Origin: an uncultured Chloroflexia bacterium
GTDB lineage: Bacteria > Chloroflexota > Chloroflexia > QHBQ01 > JADMIH01
DNA: 64,000 nucleotides
Reading direction: 5' to 3'
NCBI GenBank assembly: GCA_963797095.1
Contig: CAWCNY010000001.1
Location: 416,001 to 480,000, forward strand
Part shown: piece by piece, positions 60,730 through 64,000 of the stretch
How the letters are laid out: each line of letters opens with the position of its first letter
How positions within the stretch are numbered: the first letter of the stretch is position 1
The notes under the pieces: generated by a model
Database searches by the model: none
The model's input: the letters and a program-made list of their open reading frames with translations, nothing else
What the model was told of the DNA's origin: nothing
Translations under genes and position numbers: made by a program

Positions 60730-61646
60730 ACTCCCCTCCGCAGGCGTGGGTTTGTTACGTAGTCCATACCCACGGAGAGCAGGTACAGGCCGAGGAAAAG
60801 TATCACGATTACCACTATTGGCGGCGCCCAGACCCACCATGCCCCGTGTAGAAGGGAAGAGTTGTAAATTGCCCAGTAAATGCTCATGCCCAGCGTAGGC
60901 GTACTCAGGGATCCGAGGCCTAGCGCTTCGAGCCCAATCGAAGCGAGCACGGCCTGGGCGATGGAGTTCACAAGGCTGGCCGCGATGAAGGGCAGCAGGT
61001 TGGGCATCATCTCCCGGAAGATTATTTCGGGGCCACCCATTCCCGATAGCCTGGCCACCTGCACATAGGTGCGTTCTCGCATCGAGAGGACCTGCGAACG
61101 CATGCTGCGTGTTGGCCAGAGCCAGGCTGTCGATGCCACGATCAGACCGACTTGCGCTACCGAGAGGCTTCCCCTGACCGATACGGCGATGATGATCAAG
61201 ATGACCAGGCTCGGCACCGTGAGGCCGACGTCGACCATCGTGCGTATGAAAGCATCGACGAACCCGCGATAGTAGCCTGCAACAAAGGCCAGGATCGTGC
61301 CCGCACCGGTGCCGATAACTCCGGCAATTAAGCCGATCTGCAGAGTGAGCGGCGTGCCCGCAATCATCATCGCCAGGACGTCACGCCCCTGTAAGTCGGT
61401 GCCCAGCGGATATTCGGCCGAGGGGGAGAGGTCGGTCGGCACGGAGAGGGGTGAAGCCTTGTCGGTTCCATAGGTGAGAGCCCCGATCACGGCAAATAGC
61501 ACCAGAGCGAGGAGAAGGAGCAGCCCAAAGGTGAGCGCGGGGGTGCGGCGCATGTACTTCGCTGTGAGCGAGAGCACTCTCCATTGCGGTGCGAGCGCCC
61601 TGGATGTGTAGCCGGGTTGTTCGGGTGCTGCGGTAGCGTTGGCCAT
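60726..61646 (-). CDS. ABC permease (OppC-like)
   Basis: PLGTD..GRD, YV..ARLSG, NPRLR. Confidence 0.9.
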   Translation of the reverse strand: MANATAAPEQPGYTSRALAPQWRVLSLTAKYMRRTPALTFGLLLLLALVLFAVIGALTYGTDKASPLSVPTDLSPSAEYPLGTDLQGRDVLAMMIAGTPLTLQIGLIAGVIGTGAGTILAFVAGYYRGFVDAFIRTMVDVGLTVPSLVILIIIAVSVRGSLSVAQVGLIVASTAWLWPTRSMRSQVLSMRERTYVQVARLSGMGGPEIIFREMMPNLLPFIAASLVNSIAQAVLASIGLEALGLGSLSTPTLGMSIYWAIYNSSLLHGAWWVWAPPIVVIVILFLGLYLLSVGMDYVTNPRLRRGV

Positions 61647-62650
61647 TAGGCCCTCCCGTAGCGGATGCGCGGGTCAAGTAGAGGCAAGATCAGGTCGAGA
61701 ATCAATGCGCCGAGCGCGATAGCCACCACGACCGTGAAGACTATGCCTTGGATGAGGAAGTAGTCGAAGCCTCGGATGGCATGATAGAGTACCGACCCGA
61801 TCCCTGGGTAGCCGAAGATGACCTCAACAAGCACCGATCCGGACAGAATGTAGCCTAGTGAGAGGACGAGGGAGGTGGTTTGGGGCAGGATGGCGTTGCG
61901 CATACCGTAGCGGAAGAAGAGCGTCCTCTGCTTCAGCCCCTTGGCTTCCGCTAGCACCATGTAGTCCTCGCCCTGCACCGTGAGCATCATCCCGCGCATC
62001 GAAAGCGCCCAGAAGCCCAGCCCGGATAAGACTATTGACGCCGCAGGGAGGATCCCGTGCTGGAGCACGTCCAGAATGAAGGGCCAAGACCACTGCTTGA
62101 CCATCGTGGGCGAGTAACCCCCAAAGAGGGGCAGTATCTGAGAACGAAACGCAAAGAGGTAAACGAGTATGAGGCCTAGCAAATAGTAGGGAATGGCGGA
62201 CAGGATGACAAAGGGCGTATTCAGAGCCTGAGCAAAGCGCGGTGCGCGCTCCCAGGCGACGAATGCTCCCAGTAAGCTGCCGAGAACGAACATGAGAATG
62301 GTGGACAACCCGAGGAGCCCGATAGTCCAGGGGATGGAATCTGTGAGTATCTGTGTTACCTTGGCAGGGTAGTCGCTGATAGAGTAGTTGAAGTTGAACT
62401 GGCTGACATCGCCAAGGTAGGTGAGGTATTGCTTCCACAGTGGCTGATCGAGGCCGAACTTGCGGTTGTATTCGGCGACCATCTCCTGCATGCCGGTCTC
62501 GACGGAGCCGCCGCTGACGGCGCGCTCCATCAGCCTCTGTTCGATAGGATTTTGCCCGGACAGGCGTGGGATGAAGAAGTTGATAGTCGCCGCTACCCAG
62601 ACAGTAAGCAGAAATAAGCCAAAGCGGCGCGCCACGTAACTCCAGGACAT
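61646..62650 (-). CDS. ABC permease (OppB-like)
   Basis: FGLDQPLW.QY, EDY..LAEAKGL, DPRIR. Confidence 0.9.
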   Translation of the reverse strand: MSWSYVARRFGLFLLTVWVAATINFFIPRLSGQNPIEQRLMERAVSGGSVETGMQEMVAEYNRKFGLDQPLWKQYLTYLGDVSQFNFNYSISDYPAKVTQILTDSIPWTIGLLGLSTILMFVLGSLLGAFVAWERAPRFAQALNTPFVILSAIPYYLLGLILVYLFAFRSQILPLFGGYSPTMVKQWSWPFILDVLQHGILPAASIVLSGLGFWALSMRGMMLTVQGEDYMVLAEAKGLKQRTLFFRYGMRNAILPQTTSLVLSLGYILSGSVLVEVIFGYPGIGSVLYHAIRGFDYFLIQGIVFTVVVAIALGALILDLILPLLDPRIRYGRA

Positions 62651-62678
62651 TGGGTACTCCAGGTTCTAAGGGGGCATG

Positions 62679-62707
62679 GGGGAGTTGAGCGCGCGGCTCA
62701 ACTCCCC
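62679..62707. terminator. 12-bp stem-loop between the SBP and permease genes
   Basis: GGGGAGTTGAGC-GCGCG-GCTCAACTCCCC; no U-tract, probably mRNA-stabilising. Confidence 0.6.
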
Positions 62708-62728
62708 AGCACGGTTTGGTCCGTCTAG

Positions 62729-64000
62729 CTACTGTGCAGGCTTGAGGTGCATCAGCACGAGGTTCCAGGTGAGTGAGTACGAATGCTCGTTCACGTAGTT
62801 ATCCTCGTTGGACGGCCAGCCGGTCCAGTAGGTCGTGTTCAGGGCGATGTTGTGTATATCCTCCACGAGCTGGATATCGGGAAGGTTAGGCAGCCAGATC
62901 GCCATGGCCTGGTGGTACAGGTCCTTCAACTTTGCCTGATCGTCCATAGGCGTAGCATACACCTGGTCGACGATTTTGTCATAATCCGCGTTCGACCACA
63001 GGGAGAAGTTGGCGCCGTTGACGCCCGGTACGGAAGTAGAACTGGACTGGTAGAGGCGCAGGGTCTCATATGGATCCTTGACGCTACCACCGTGACCGAA
63101 GATTGCCGCAGTATAAGTCCCCTTCTGGATCTGGGTGAAATTGTCGGGCGGCATAGAGAACGTAGCGTCAACGCCCTGCTTTTTCAACTGCTCTGCGACC
63201 ACGGGGGCAATCGACTGGATGAAGCTGAAGCTCAGGATGTCCATTTTTAGCTTGTTGCCGCTGGCATCAGCCCAGATACCGTCACTGCCCTTCGTCCAGC
63301 CCTTCTTCGTCAGGAGCGCGGCGCCCTTCTCGGGGTTGAACTCGTTCGTCGGGTATTTCTCGAGCAGGTCGTTTATGTTGTCAATGAACGGCTTGAGGCC
63401 GGGATACGGCGGCATAGGCAGCGGGGAAGCCACGCCGGCGCCCTGGTAGGCAACGTCCACAAGCTGCTTGCGGTCGATGAAGTAGCTCAGCGCCCAGCGC
63501 ACATCCGGATCGTCGAATGGCGGCTTGGTGTTATTTACGTAGAGGGAGATGGGCCACCAGTCTACGTACCCATACGGGAGCTCGCGCCCGCTGTGCGATG
63601 TGGCCTTGGGATTGCCCTCGAGGACCGACTTCATGTTTTGCACAGAGATACGGGCGTGATCCGCCTGGTTGCTCAAGACCGCCTGCGCAGCCTGGTCGGA
63701 GTCACCGAAAGGTAGGAGAATCAAGCGCTCGGGACCCGGCAGAGACTTGACTAGGCCGGTCTTGTAGGCCCACCAATCATCGCGTCGATCCCAGACTTTC
63801 TGCTCAGGAGATCCAAGAACGACCTTGTAAGGTCCAGTAGTTACAGGCCAGCCCTTGGCGAGGTCGTAGTCAGTGAAGCTAGTCCAGTCCTGGCCCTCGA
63901 AGATGTGCTTCGGTACGATGTAGACGCCGTTGTCCATCTTGAATTCCATGAAGAAGAAGAAGCGCGGGGCAGGGACGTTGAAGGTGATATCCACGGTTAG
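62729..64000 (-). CDS. Family 5 ABC substrate-binding protein, 5' end beyond the window
   Basis: PV.TGPY, N....PFDD..VR.AL...IDR, WTGWP; likely oligosaccharide-binding from context. Confidence 0.88.
   Translation of the reverse strand, partial: LTVDITFNVPAPRFFFFMEFKMDNGVYIVPKHIFEGQDWTSFTDYDLAKGWPVTTGPYKVVLGSPEQKVWDRRDDWWAYKTGLVKSLPGPERLILLPFGDSDQAAQAVLSNQADHARISVQNMKSVLEGNPKATSHSGRELPYGYVDWWPISLYVNNTKPPFDDPDVRWALSYFIDRKQLVDVAYQGAGVASPLPMPPYPGLKPFIDNINDLLEKYPTNEFNPEKGAALLTKKGWTKGSDGIWADASGNKLKMDILSFSFIQSIAPVVAEQLKKQGVDATFSMPPDNFTQIQKGTYTAAIFGHGGSVKDPYETLRLYQSSSTSVPGVNGANFSLWSNADYDKIVDQVYATPMDDQAKLKDLYHQAMAIWLPNLPDIQLVEDIHNIALNTTYWTGWPSNEDNYVNEHSYSLTWNLVLMHLKPAQ

Overview
Window from a moderately GC-rich bacterium, probably Chloroflexota (inferred from protein style and from FWxxNGGxxxFGxPI-type repeats). 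It has four parts. (1) 1-21 kb is a mobile-element graveyard: ISL3, ISKra4 and IS481 remnants, an intact IS200/IS605 tnpA-tnpB, two IS6 copies, two IS3 elements (one holding a complete group II intron), two PIN toxin-antitoxin pairs, and truncated SNF2 and integrase genes. (2) 21-32 kb holds a polysaccharide gene cluster, an ATP-grasp gene, typA and an OsmC-like gene. (3) 32-45 kb holds IS481 and IS701 plus a 10,088-bp Tn3-family transposon (35271-45358) with perfect 35-bp inverted repeats and an ATCCT target duplication, inserted inside a yoeB toxin gene. Its cargo is the main candidate novel system: a MauE-like membrane protein, a CxxC redoxin, a 106-aa precursor with an AxA-ended leader and a 12-Cys core, an S26 peptidase and two Opp-type permeases, behind a perfect sigma70 promoter. 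This looks like a mobile disulfide-rich peptide (RiPP-like) maturation pathway. (4) 45.5-64 kb is an L-arabinose/rhamnose/glycoside utilisation locus with an oligosaccharide ABC transporter. No rRNA, tRNA or CRISPR array was seen. All assignments come from motif recognition by eye; no searches were run.
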